Both the position numbers and the translations under genes were made by a program. From a virus (Duplodnaviria > Heunggongvirae > Uroviricota > Caudoviricetes): DNA of 64,000 nucleotides. The stretch covers positions 1 through 64,000 of the IMG/VR virus record IMGVR_UViG_3300029288_000059; one strand, written 5' to 3'. The notes below the pieces were generated by a model. It saw nothing but the letters and a program-made list of their open reading frames with translations, searched no databases and was not told the origin of the DNA. Shown here piece after piece: positions 19,224-28,933 of the stretch (position 1 is its first letter; each line of letters opens with the position of its first letter).

Positions 19224-20189
19224 ATGTACAGAACCGCGTCACAAACCAATAGCAGACGAAGTATAAACGCCGTAAGTCAAGGGCGGTATCCAATAACGTA
19301 TGCTAAGAAAATATTACAGACTAAACTATTAAAGATATTCAATGTAAAGTATTCATTAAAAGAATGTGAGTATCTATTGAAAACCGAAGGATTTACTGGT
19401 GAATGGCATCATACTTCCCCTGTATATAATAAAACAAACTATTATAATATTCGAGCCGTTATAAGATATCTTCATACTTATAGTAAACCATATAAAAAAA
19501 CAAAAGTACAACAACCCGGCATCACTCGATATAGAGCTCACGATATTCTAACATCCCACGATATTGCATCACAACGAAAAACAAATATCTTTAATCACAT
19601 CACCCGTACCTTATTATTTTTATTAAGCAGTGATGAATTAAACTTATATTTTGGAGTAAATTATGATGTGCATGTATGGCAAAGTATGAAGAATACTTAC
19701 ATAAAACAATGTCAGGAACGACATAATATTGTTGCCATTGCCAATTCTAATCAATTTAATAAACTATTTAAACAAGTAGCAGTAAAGAATGAGTATGACG
19801 AAATAAAGAAGAAGAATCGAGATGAATATAATAAAAAGTTAAATGAAGTACGAACATTTGAATTACAATTTAATAATAACTTACTTCGACTTGATGCCAA
19901 TGCTTTAAATCTTCACTTCAATGTAAATTATAGTGTGAATTTTTGGGATACGTTCAAATTAAGGTATGAACGCAAACAAAAAGCGAAAGCAGTGATTACC
20001 TATATTAATAAGTTTAGAAATGAGGAAGTCTGTGATGACACACATAAAATCCAATATAAAATAGCTTACGAATTATACTATAATAATATGATTGTAGTAG
20101 ATAGTAGCAAACTTAACCTATATTTTGGTATTGGATATAGTAAAGAAATATGGCGTTTAATTAAGAAGGACTACTATGTTCCTTCTTAA
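19224..20189 (+). CDS. hypothetical protein with EWHHTS motif and three LNL(Y/H)F.V.Y...W repeats
   Basis: Internal repeats visible in the translation. Confidence 0.7.
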   Translation: MYRTASQTNSRRSINAVSQGRYPITYAKKILQTKLLKIFNVKYSLKECEYLLKTEGFTGEWHHTSPVYNKTNYYNIRAVIRYLHTYSKPYKKTKVQQPGITRYRAHDILTSHDIASQRKTNIFNHITRTLLFLLSSDELNLYFGVNYDVHVWQSMKNTYIKQCQERHNIVAIANSNQFNKLFKQVAVKNEYDEIKKKNRDEYNKKLNEVRTFELQFNNNLLRLDANALNLHFNVNYSVNFWDTFKLRYERKQKAKAVITYINKFRNEEVCDDTHKIQYKIAYELYYNNMIVVDSSKLNLYFGIGYSKEIWRLIKKDYYVPS

Positions 20190-20196
20190 TTCTCAA

Positions 20197-21858
20197 TTAT
20201 AATCTTTTTAGTAACCATCGATATCCGTCTATTAGTTTTCTTTTATATTCGGATGAAAATTCATCCCTACTACTATTAATAACAGAATTCATCAACTCTC
20301 GTACTTCATCTGCATTTGATATATATGGATGTCCATTGTTCGTTAAAATGAACTGATTGCTACCGTCGTTCATAGTTACGTACCATCCTAGAGAATCACC
20401 ATCCCAATCCTTATAATATATTGGGAATTCTCTTATAATATCGCGTACATTTTTAAAGAAATCCGGGTGATTATCACGCACCCATCCTGATATTTCAGGT
20501 TTCTCTTTTTTTGGTCCACCCTTTTCATTCAATCCAGACAATCTCAATATTTCATTTAAATCATTCTCAAATAAGTCATTACTTTCTTTAAAAGTTGGGT
20601 TGTTGCCCCAATCGTATTTCGTTGGTGATTGATTATAATCGAAACTCGATATATGTTCACGTGGGTCATATTCTGAATAATCAGTTAATAACTGTCGTAT
20701 ATAAAATTCATTTAACAAAGAGAATACATCAACTGCAAAATCTAATAATTGATAATTTGATTCACTACTAGTTAAAGTTTCAATTATCGAATAATATTCG
20801 GCACTTATACTTGGTAATTTATCACCGTGAAAAAGTTCATCATATTTCTGTTTTACCAAATTATGAAGTTTACCTCTATCGGAATGTGAGGCTTTCATAT
20901 ATAAGTCTTGCCATATTATTGTTGGAACTTCTAAAGAGAGAATATTATGTAAAAATGTATATATACGCTTATTCTTCCCTTCTACCGACTCATTTATACT
21001 TTCATCGAAAAACATAGATTCATATTTCTTATTAATATATTGTTCAAAAGAAACACCACTTTTCCAATTATATTTCATACCATTTATTAAATCTAATAAT
21101 GTATTCCGTTTATCATAAGAATCTAATACTCTTTTAAATTTATCATCTACTACGTATGTAGATGATTCATCTAATGTATTAATAGTAGTATGTTTGTTTT
21201 GACGTGATAATATTCTATTATACATATCTTTTACCGCTGGTATTCGATATAACATATTCTTAATATCTTCCATAGAACGGAAATCACCACTATACGTATC
21301 TGTCTTTAAAACACCACGTTGTCTATAAACATTACAAATAGTATTCTTACCGATATCATCCGCGAAGTATATCTTTATATTACCATCGTTGTACTTCATC
21401 GTTTTAAGTTTGAATGGAGGTGTTGCTTCATTGTTTTCAATTGATGATTCATCTAATTGACGGTTTGTTGGATAATGGAATGAATCGGTTTCTTTTTCAT
21501 CATCTTGTTCATTACCATTCGGGTAGGTTAAATCAATCTTTGTTAATACATCACTTGGTAGTAATTCAACTAGTTCTTTAACTACTCCACTATCTAATTC
21601 ATGTATCCAAAAACCTAATAAATTAGACATATATTGAACTTTAATATTTGATGATTTACTACGTTTATTATCATAGTCTTCGTGTCCTTTATACAACTTC
21701 CACGAATAATCGGCTAATAAACGATTGAACTCATCCTTAGTTAAGGATGTTACTAAATCTGTGCATAACCGATTCCATTCACTATCATTGAGATTGTTAT
21801 ATACATATTCAATGGTTGATATTAAATCAGTAACTCGTTTATCCATACTCAATACCAT
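20197..21858 (-). CDS. head-internal polyprotein-like protein
   Basis: Repeated LDES/INES/FKES/LFEN motifs, LNEILRLSGLNE; one domain homologous to the repeats in 15739-17031. Confidence 0.6.
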   Translation of the reverse strand: MVLSMDKRVTDLISTIEYVYNNLNDSEWNRLCTDLVTSLTKDEFNRLLADYSWKLYKGHEDYDNKRSKSSNIKVQYMSNLLGFWIHELDSGVVKELVELLPSDVLTKIDLTYPNGNEQDDEKETDSFHYPTNRQLDESSIENNEATPPFKLKTMKYNDGNIKIYFADDIGKNTICNVYRQRGVLKTDTYSGDFRSMEDIKNMLYRIPAVKDMYNRILSRQNKHTTINTLDESSTYVVDDKFKRVLDSYDKRNTLLDLINGMKYNWKSGVSFEQYINKKYESMFFDESINESVEGKNKRIYTFLHNILSLEVPTIIWQDLYMKASHSDRGKLHNLVKQKYDELFHGDKLPSISAEYYSIIETLTSSESNYQLLDFAVDVFSLLNEFYIRQLLTDYSEYDPREHISSFDYNQSPTKYDWGNNPTFKESNDLFENDLNEILRLSGLNEKGGPKKEKPEISGWVRDNHPDFFKNVRDIIREFPIYYKDWDGDSLGWYVTMNDGSNQFILTNNGHPYISNADEVRELMNSVINSSRDEFSSEYKRKLIDGYRWLLKRL

Positions 21859-21912
21859 TATCTTGACTCCAAATAAAGTAAATATAAGTATATTTATTAA
21901 AGGATTACAAAA

Positions 21913-22248
21913 ATGTCAAATGTCTTCTTAACTGCCACGGAATCAAGAAATAAAGCACGTAATGACTTACTGATATTCGATGAAGTAAGAACGATTGAAC
22001 GTGCAGTTCTTAATATACTTGATACAGATGCATATGAATTATACGTTAGCGATACAATAATGACCGATACAACACCTACGTCCGACTCAATTTCATATTT
22101 TAACGTTTGGCAGAAAACAGAAACCGATAGAGTTAAGACTGAACAAATGAATAAAGTAATAACCTACTTTGAAGATATGGGATATTCAATAGTTCGAGTC
22201 TTAAATTCTACAACTAATACCACGTTCAAATGGTATATTACGTTCTAA
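21913..22248 (+). CDS. conserved late hypothetical (virion) protein
   Basis: AAGGA RBS, upstream TAAATA. Confidence 0.7.
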   Translation: MSNVFLTATESRNKARNDLLIFDEVRTIERAVLNILDTDAYELYVSDTIMTDTTPTSDSISYFNVWQKTETDRVKTEQMNKVITYFEDMGYSIVRVLNSTTNTTFKWYITF

Positions 22249-22255
22249 CTATATC

Positions 22256-22447
22256 CTAAAAATCGACATAATTAATATCTTCAGAACCATCGTACTTGTA
22301 CTCTAATGATACAATGTTTTCACGACCATAAAGAGAAATGGCATTATATGTGATAGTATCTTCAATTTCATAATCATCACCGTCACAATCACAATAGAAC
22401 TCCATATCGGTGTTATCCTTTAATGATACATTGACGGTATATTGCAT
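22256..22447 (-). CDS. small acidic hypothetical protein
   Basis: AGGAG RBS; promoter TTGACA..TATACT at ~22478-22505. Confidence 0.7.
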   Translation of the reverse strand: MQYTVNVSLKDNTDMEFYCDCDGDDYEIEDTITYNAISLYGRENIVSLEYKYDGSEDINYVDF

Positions 22448-22571
22448 CTACATCACTCCTACTCAATTTATAATACAAGTATAACATACATAGGGTAAAT
22501 GTCAATAGGTGAACGGATTAATATATAATGTGATTATTTTATAAGGATATCATCTTTGTAAAATAAAACAT

Positions 22572-22919
22572 TTATCCTCTCCATATACTTCTTATTGTAT
22601 CAAAAGTCTCTACATAAGAATGTTCCATTAAAAACTTAGCTACTTCACGTTCACCTATATTATAATCCCGATTACGATGATATGGATTATCAGTAACAAA
22701 CCTAACATTAAACTTCATAGCTAATGTCATAAGTTCAAAATCAGGAAGTAAACGATTCTTACGTTTTCCATTAACAGAGATACCGACGATATCATTATAC
22801 ATTGTTAAATTTGATACTAATAATAAGGAATATCTATAACTGCTACTACCTATACAACCACGACTAATCAGTTTAGTACATATCGAAAACTTCTCTATAT
22901 CCTTATTTTTATAATCCAT
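22572..22919 (-). CDS. hypothetical protein
   Basis: ORF in a co-oriented operon. Confidence 0.6.
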   Translation of the reverse strand: MDYKNKDIEKFSICTKLISRGCIGSSSYRYSLLLVSNLTMYNDIVGISVNGKRKNRLLPDFELMTLAMKFNVRFVTDNPYHRNRDYNIGEREVAKFLMEHSYVETFDTIRSIWRG

Positions 22920-22926
22920 AATATTC

Positions 22927-23886
22927 TCAAAATGAAAACAAATGATTGATAGTCTTAGTTAATGGACGATTACAAAATAGTCTTTCCATTTGTCTTTTTC
23001 TATTGTTTTGCGCGAAAGTGACTCTTTTATCAATAGAATACAATTCATATAGTTTCGATTCATACTCACTCACAAATATACTAAACTCATTCTTATCTAA
23101 CCAATCGTAAAATCGTTCATTATCAAAGCCACCACACTGATACTCCCCGGTATTATTATACGGTGGGTCACAATATATTATTACTTCATCATTGGAATGT
23201 GGGATAATAACATCATAATAATTCTTATTGTATATAGTCATGTCACCAGTAAGACGTTCTAATTGTTGCATATTCAATAGATGTTGTATTTGTTGAAACA
23301 TTTCTCGTTCGCCCGGAGCTAAAGTATTATATATCTTCCCCATCTGGTTGCGATAATTTAATCTTCGTCCGTTGATTGTATCGTTATTTGGTAAAATGAT
23401 ATCGATATCTAATAATGCATTCAATTTAGCCAATGCACTCTTATCTTCATATACAATAATATCATGTGCATAATGTTTCATTACTTCTAAATCTTGCCGA
23501 TATAAATAGGTTTTGCCCATATTACCGAAAGAATAGCATATCTGTACAATACCACCGTAAGCCGAGTCATCACCCATCATATCTTTAAATTTAGTCCTAT
23601 CAACGAAGGAATACCATTCATTTGGATATCTACCATATGTTTTTAAACTGTCGCTATTCAAAGTAAAAGATAATAAATTGGCGATTGCTGAATTTAATTC
23701 ATTATATACCACATTATAACCCATCTTTAAAGCAGCAAACGACATACTACCGCCACCACCAAATAAATCATAAAAATAGGTGGCTTTCGGTTTATACTGT
23801 CGCATTTCATTTATTAATGTTTCTGCAATATTTTGTTTACTACCCATGTATGGTATTCTTAGTGGTTCGATCATCTTATATCCCAT
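22927..23886 (-). CDS. DNA adenine methyltransferase, D12/Dam-like alpha class
   Basis: PYMGSK, DLFGGGGS, YCDPPY, FVSEY. Confidence 0.88.
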   Translation of the reverse strand: MGYKMIEPLRIPYMGSKQNIAETLINEMRQYKPKATYFYDLFGGGGSMSFAALKMGYNVVYNELNSAIANLLSFTLNSDSLKTYGRYPNEWYSFVDRTKFKDMMGDDSAYGGIVQICYSFGNMGKTYLYRQDLEVMKHYAHDIIVYEDKSALAKLNALLDIDIILPNNDTINGRRLNYRNQMGKIYNTLAPGEREMFQQIQHLLNMQQLERLTGDMTIYNKNYYDVIIPHSNDEVIIYCDPPYNNTGEYQCGGFDNERFYDWLDKNEFSIFVSEYESKLYELYSIDKRVTFAQNNRKRQMERLFCNRPLTKTINHLFSF

Positions 23887-24130
23887 GTATTAAATGCCTA
23901 TACATATTTTGACAAAAACGGATTCCTGTAAAATTCCAAAATGTTAATTCTTTCATCTCACACGCGATGTGCCTAATTCTTCTCAATCCAATATTATAAC
24001 CAACAACCGTGGCATCACTATTGTTAATATGTACTACATCACCTACCTTACATACGTATGATTCACTTACATAATAGTAATAACAACTTTTACCACATCG
24101 ATTATTAAAATCTACCAAAATAATTTTCAT
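23876..24130 (-). CDS. hypothetical protein
   Basis: Coupled ORF; Y.Y......KVGD.V SH3-like pattern. Confidence 0.55.
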   Translation of the reverse strand: MKIILVDFNNRCGKSCYYYYVSESYVCKVGDVVHINNSDATVVGYNIGLRRIRHIACEMKELTFWNFTGIRFCQNMYRHLIHGI

Positions 24131-24131
24131 G

Positions 24132-24407
24132 TCATTCCTTCTTCGTACAACTACATACCTTGTTATTCGGCGAATTAACTATGTTACAACGGGGACATAT
24201 CCAACCAGTACAATTATTAACTTTAGAAGAGTCACTACGTGGTGGGTTATTAGAATTACATTTTATAGGATGATAACCGCCGAACATAATATTACTAAAT
24301 CTTTCTCGTTTCTCTTCCCATGATAAATCGTCACCCATTCTTTGTGGTACTAATGATATAGCAGTTTGGACAAAAGAGCCATTTAGTTGATTTTTATTAC
24401 TCTTCAT
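24132..24407 (-). CDS. hypothetical protein with C-terminal GWICPRC Zn-ribbon
   Basis: GWICPRC..VNSP....C.C motif. Confidence 0.6.
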   Translation of the reverse strand: MKSNKNQLNGSFVQTAISLVPQRMGDDLSWEEKRERFSNIMFGGYHPIKCNSNNPPRSDSSKVNNCTGWICPRCNIVNSPNNKVCSCTKKE

Positions 24408-24410
24408 TAT

Positions 24411-24620
24411 CTACTCCATTGTAAGTGGACGGTCATATCTTTTATTCCAGTTATTAGCTGCAGTTTCTACATCAGGAAACCAAACTACGTCATGATTATA
24501 CAATACTAAACCACAATCACAAACAACTATACATGGTAATTCAGGGGGTGATTCATCATCATACTGTACTCGTGGAATACGTCCACATAAGGGACAAGGT
24601 TTTAATTCTATATCCATCAC
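24411..24620 (-). CDS. Lar-family restriction-alleviation-like Zn-finger protein
   Basis: LKPCP.CG...C.CG...A..WN.R. Confidence 0.72.
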   Translation of the reverse strand: MMDIELKPCPLCGRIPRVQYDDESPPELPCIVVCDCGLVLYNHDVVWFPDVETAANNWNKRYDRPLTME

Positions 24621-24627
24621 TATATCC

Positions 24628-25236
24628 TTAACTAAGTTTAAATTTATTCATTAACAACCAAAATAAGTCTTTAGTAGCAGCAATATCGGCTGATGCATCA
24701 TGCCATTGAATTTCTTGTCCCGTAGAATTAAGATAATAGTTCCACACAGTTGCTAATTTAAAGTTTGGTAATGTTACTCTTTTATAGAATAAATCAACTG
24801 CTGCCATTTGCATTACATCAATATATGGAGTCCAAAAGTAACATCCATAACCATTACCAAACTCTTTATCCTTTTCAGTTTTGGCATTATTTAAAAAGAA
24901 TTGTCTTATAAAGTCTACATCGAAACCACTATTATATCCCACAAACTGGAATTTATCCTGTTTATCAAACTTACTCACATACTTATCTAACATTGCTACG
25001 AATTGAATGAAAACCTCATTAGGGTCAGTGTATGCACTAACAATTTCTTCCGTTAGTCCTGTTTTGGCGACGGCAGAATCAGTTATAATTTGACCGGGAT
25101 AAGGCTTTAAGTGGAAATCAAATGTTTCCACTGTTCGTCCTTCGACCTCAAGTTCACCTGAGATTTGGAGTAATGGTGTTGTTTTACAATCAATACCACC
25201 AGTTTCGGTATCAATAAAAATTATCTTAGTACCCAT
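24628..25236 (-). CDS. DEDDh 3'-5' exonuclease (DnaQ/epsilon-like)
   Basis: FIDTETGG, GYN..FD, H.A.AD. Confidence 0.9.
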   Translation of the reverse strand: MGTKIIFIDTETGGIDCKTTPLLQISGELEVEGRTVETFDFHLKPYPGQIITDSAVAKTGLTEEIVSAYTDPNEVFIQFVAMLDKYVSKFDKQDKFQFVGYNSGFDVDFIRQFFLNNAKTEKDKEFGNGYGCYFWTPYIDVMQMAAVDLFYKRVTLPNFKLATVWNYYLNSTGQEIQWHDASADIAATKDLFWLLMNKFKLS

Positions 25237-25504
25237 ATATATTATGCCCTCGTATTAGTGGTTGATATCCAAATGAATGCATTAACTTCTGTCCAGAACA
25301 GTTGATGTACATACTACTAAACGCCAATGTATGAATAAACTTAAATTGCGTCATAGAAAACATTTCATCATGACTAACAATTAAAACGTCACCAAACATA
25401 TTCGTTATATCCCTACTAATAATATTAGTATCCGTTTGCATCCGAAAATAATAATCTTCTCCCTTAGTAGAATATTGTTGATATGGTGATAATAGACGCC
25501 TCAT
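25226..25504 (-). CDS. RxLEPY-family small protein (MRRLLSPY)
   Basis: N-terminal motif plus FKFI motif. Confidence 0.6.
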   Translation of the reverse strand: MRRLLSPYQQYSTKGEDYYFRMQTDTNIISRDITNMFGDVLIVSHDEMFSMTQFKFIHTLAFSSMYINCSGQKLMHSFGYQPLIRGHNIYGY

Positions 25505-25519
25505 AGCTATTCCTAACTA

Positions 25520-25939
25520 TTATAAAATAGTTGATTTAATAGATTCAATGACAATTCGACTACTATTACCGTTCCGTATTTGTTCATAGAAATCAACAGT
25601 ACCTATACATACTGATTTCCAAAACCAACAATCGTGATATTCCGGATTCCAATCACTACTAACTTCACAATAATCCACGTTAGGTCTTAGTTCATATTCA
25701 TGTTTATCCTTTTCCAATTCAATGAATAAGTAGTCTGTTCTTTTAGCACGACCTGCATAACTATCACCTTCAGGACCGAAATCCTGCTTTTTAAAACATA
25801 AACGAGTAATCCCATTATCGTTATATATACTACCAACTCTTGGAATTGGACGAGTATGTGCGTATACAACTTCATTTAAAAAAGTCTTCTTGTTCTTAAC
25901 CATATTAGTAGTCCTTTCAATTATTAATAAATCCATCAT
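25520..25939 (-). CDS. hypothetical protein
   Basis: ORF in operon. Confidence 0.6.
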   Translation of the reverse strand: MMDLLIIERTTNMVKNKKTFLNEVVYAHTRPIPRVGSIYNDNGITRLCFKKQDFGPEGDSYAGRAKRTDYLFIELEKDKHEYELRPNVDYCEVSSDWNPEYHDCWFWKSVCIGTVDFYEQIRNGNSSRIVIESIKSTIL

Positions 25940-25945
25940 TACCGT

Positions 25946-26344
25946 TTAGCTCTCTTCATTTTTAGAACCAAACATTAGTCTAATATATAATAGTATCACA
26001 ATAATTAATAATAATATAACTATTGTGATGAAAATATCATCATACATTTGACTATCTGGGTCTAAGGCTTCGAACTTAGCTTTTATATTATCAATTGTGG
26101 TTATATAGTAAATGTCTAATTGTCCATTAGAGTTAGCATCTATCCTATCCAATGTCCAGTTATTAACTTTTAAAAACGCATCTATCTTCATCGTATTAGT
26201 ACAATGAAATTGTGATTGTTCAATACAGACTCCATTATTGTATAGTTGTACCCGATACGATGCGTTGGCTACTGGTGGGTTGGTACGTTCTTTAGCACAT
26301 ATTGGACTTGTCACTAACATAAGCACCATAATAAACTTCAACAT
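25946..26344 (-). CDS. membrane protein (signal peptide plus C-terminal TM)
   Basis: Hydrophobic N- and C-terminal segments; GGAGG RBS. Confidence 0.7.
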   Translation of the reverse strand: MLKFIMVLMLVTSPICAKERTNPPVANASYRVQLYNNGVCIEQSQFHCTNTMKIDAFLKVNNWTLDRIDANSNGQLDIYYITTIDNIKAKFEALDPDSQMYDDIFITIVILLLIIVILLYIRLMFGSKNEES

Positions 26345-26537
26345 TACTTACCCTCCGATGCATTTCTTACCCATATTCATTCTCCTTCTTCCGTATCCAT
26401 GTTATTTCCCTTCTAATACTCTGTTATAATTTAAACATAACATTAGTAAATTTAAATGTCAATACCAATTAAAAACATTTTGATTTATACAAGAATCATC
26501 ATTATAATGACATTTAAGACATAATTTTTAGAACTTT

Positions 26538-26622
26538 TATAAATAAACTATAATTATGTTGAAAGACGTACTAAGGCGAGTTGTTGTACGATATTATCTA
26601 ATGTTTCGATATTTTATAAATA
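26538..26622 (+). promoter_or_regulatory. two T4-like late promoters upstream of the candidate ncRNA
   Basis: TATAAATA at 26538-26545 and 26615-26622. Confidence 0.5.
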
Positions 26623-26695
26623 ACTCGTTAATAAGTTTTATATACGTAGATTAAATGCTCTGTTTAATTAAAATATATAAAATGACTAAGACATA

Positions 26696-27485
26696 GTGAC
26701 TTTAACTAAATGATTGTAAACGATAAGATACTAATCTGAAATGGATTAAAGGTTTATCGCAATTAACGGAAGGGTTGGTTCGCCTCCAGGAACGTTAGCT
26801 GTCACAAAGAGCCGTAATGAAAACCACCGGTGTGGGTAAAAAGCCTTTCCGGTGCGGATGACGGGATATCAACTATAAATTAGTGACCTAAGCTAATATT
26901 AGTTGAAATTCAATTTTCCAAAAGTGAATTAAATAGGTCGCTCTTACTGATGGTAAGATGACAAAATGACGGGGAGTCGAGCATGCCCCTTATAAAAGAT
27001 AGGTTTGTATAACAAGGTTGATGCGTTATATGGACTGACCGATACATTGAAAGTAGCTGGATATGGGACGACAATAAAATGACATCCTAATAGGTTTGTA
27101 ACTTTAAACAAACTAAACAAATTATTATTTGTATGCTTTACTTGTAAAGCAAGTCGTTAGGAATGGTTTATTAACGGGCCGGATGGGGCGAAATTAATCA
27201 GGCGTTGTGTAGATATACTGCGGGTAGGGTATCCCTCGCAGGGTGTTAGTATTATTTTGGAAGAACTAAACTACCAATACTAACCTTTTAAATCTAGAGA
27301 GTTTAAAACACGACATTCAACAGCACGAAATAGAGATAGAACAATTTATATATTCAAAATTATAAAATCAGTCTTATTTCCTTGCCTTGTCCTTTATTTC
27401 AGCAACATGAGAAGTATGACCTTTTTGGTTTTCGTTGTTGAATTTGGGGCAGGGCAAGGAGCACGGCAGGAGATTTTTGTCTCCT
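26696..27485 (+). ncRNA. candidate large structured non-coding RNA (~790 nt), family unassigned
   Basis: No ORF; GC-enriched; more than 15 nested stems, many with + strand G.U pairs; possible pseudoknot and long-range closing helix. Confidence 0.68.
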
Positions 27486-27623
27486 ATATAAAGTAAAAGG
27501 TTGAATTTAAAGGTTAAAGATTAAAACATTTAGAAATAATGAAATTTAAGATTTAAATAAAAGATTAAAGATTAAAACATTTAGAAAATGATAATTAGAA
27601 TACAAAATGGATTAAAATTAAAA

Positions 27624-27729
27624 AAGGAATAAAATGGAGTTCAGTAATGAAACGAAGTGGAATTACTGAATGACATTTATTCCTTACCAGTAAGTGATTG
27701 GAACGAAGTGAAAATCCACTTACTGGTAA
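27624..27729. other. two adjacent long hairpins sharing the loop G(A/G)AACGAAGTG(G/A)A
   Basis: TTCAGTAAT/ATTACTGAA and TTACCAGTAAGTG/CACTTACTGGTAA stems. Confidence 0.75.
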
Positions 27730-27761
27730 TGGTTCGTCGTGTATGTAAAACAAAAAAATAA

Positions 27762-27900
27762 AACAACTTGAAATTGAATTGAGAAATAGATATAAATCCC
27801 AAATGTAAATTCAAAATACAGATTGAATTGAACAACTTGAAATTGAATTGAGAAATAGATATAAATCCAAATGCAAATTCAAAATACAGATTGAATTGAA
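27762..27900. repeat. ~69-bp tandem direct repeat x2
   Basis: AACAACTTGAAATTGAATTGAGAAATAGATATAAATCC... at 27762 and 27831. Confidence 0.9.
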
Positions 27901-28933
27901 GCTCAGAAAATTGGGAATTAACTAAATCTTGATTTGGGAAGAACTATGACTTGAATTGAAGAAATTCAAATCAGAAATTATTGAATAAGTAATCAAAGGA
28001 AGAAACAAGAAGAAAGTAAGAAAGTTTCATTTAGAAGAGAAGGAACAAGTCCTTCTCTTCGGAATAAGACAGAAATGAATACTGACGTATTCATATTCTG
28101 CTTATTCATATTTCAAGGTAATCCACTTTACATTTAAGAAGTAAGAAGGAATTCAAATCAGAAATATTATTCATTCAAATAAGAACTATATAGACACACA
28201 AAGAAATAATATAAAGCACTTACTTATATAAGTAATAAGTACATTCATATATCAATTCAAAGGAAGTAATGAAGGAAACAAGTAAGAAGTATAATATGGA
28301 TTCAAATAAGAATTACAAATAGACCAAATTCGGATTGAACTTGATACATCTAAGTAAGAATAAATGGATATCACTTATTCAAATATTATGGTATATACGT
28401 CAAACTCATATAACTAGATAATTCATTCATATAAGAGCTATATGGCAGTACTTGATGAATAATATGGATATATGACTCCTTCATTAAAGAACTCAATGTA
28501 ATGCGGATATAAGTACTTATTCAATAGAGATACTATGGGGTATATGTCGAATTTTAAATAAATTATGACATTTAATAAGTAAGAAAGAAAACAAGTAAGA
28601 AGTAAGTAAGAAAGTAAGGACGAATATTGTAACTTATTAAATATTGTGGGATATATGGCGGCGCGGGTGTGAAATCGGATTCCCGAATTGGAAATACGCC
28701 AATACATATTAGCTATATAAAACAAATGGATTTATACCTCATATACGGACAGTACAGTGAGGTCTTACTAAGTCATATACATATATGTAATACTAATCAA
28801 TCGCGTTGTATGTAGACATATATCGACTTATAACTTAGTGATTATATGGGTAAAAACTATTGGATTTCCAAATAGATATTGACTTATTTCCAATTTGTAA
28901 TATTATATGTAAGTAATAAATTCAAGGAATTAA

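Larger units (their letters stand above)
27490..28870. other. putative replication origin / non-coding control region
   Basis: ORF-free, A-rich strand bias, repeats and hairpins, at a transcription divergence next to Dda. Confidence 0.45.

Noticed and set aside
26809-26860. Group II intron (GAGCCGTA and GTGCG motifs) or group I intron
   Set aside because: Motifs are in the wrong order, no recognisable domain V/VI at the 3' end, and no interrupted exons flank the region
26856-26869. 14-nt exact match (GGATGACGGGATAT) between the candidate RNA and positions 44-57, antisense to the first gene
   Set aside because: A rough estimate gives about one 14-mer match by chance for an 800-nt query in this window; would need extended or conserved pairing
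28438-28725. 95-aa minus-strand ORF in the non-coding island
   Set aside because: Low-complexity translation of AAGTAAGAA repeats; no RBS or recognisable motif
27490-28870. CRISPR array in the repeat-rich non-coding island
   Set aside because: Repeats occur in pairs or irregularly, without constant repeat plus unique spacer periodicity; no cas genes
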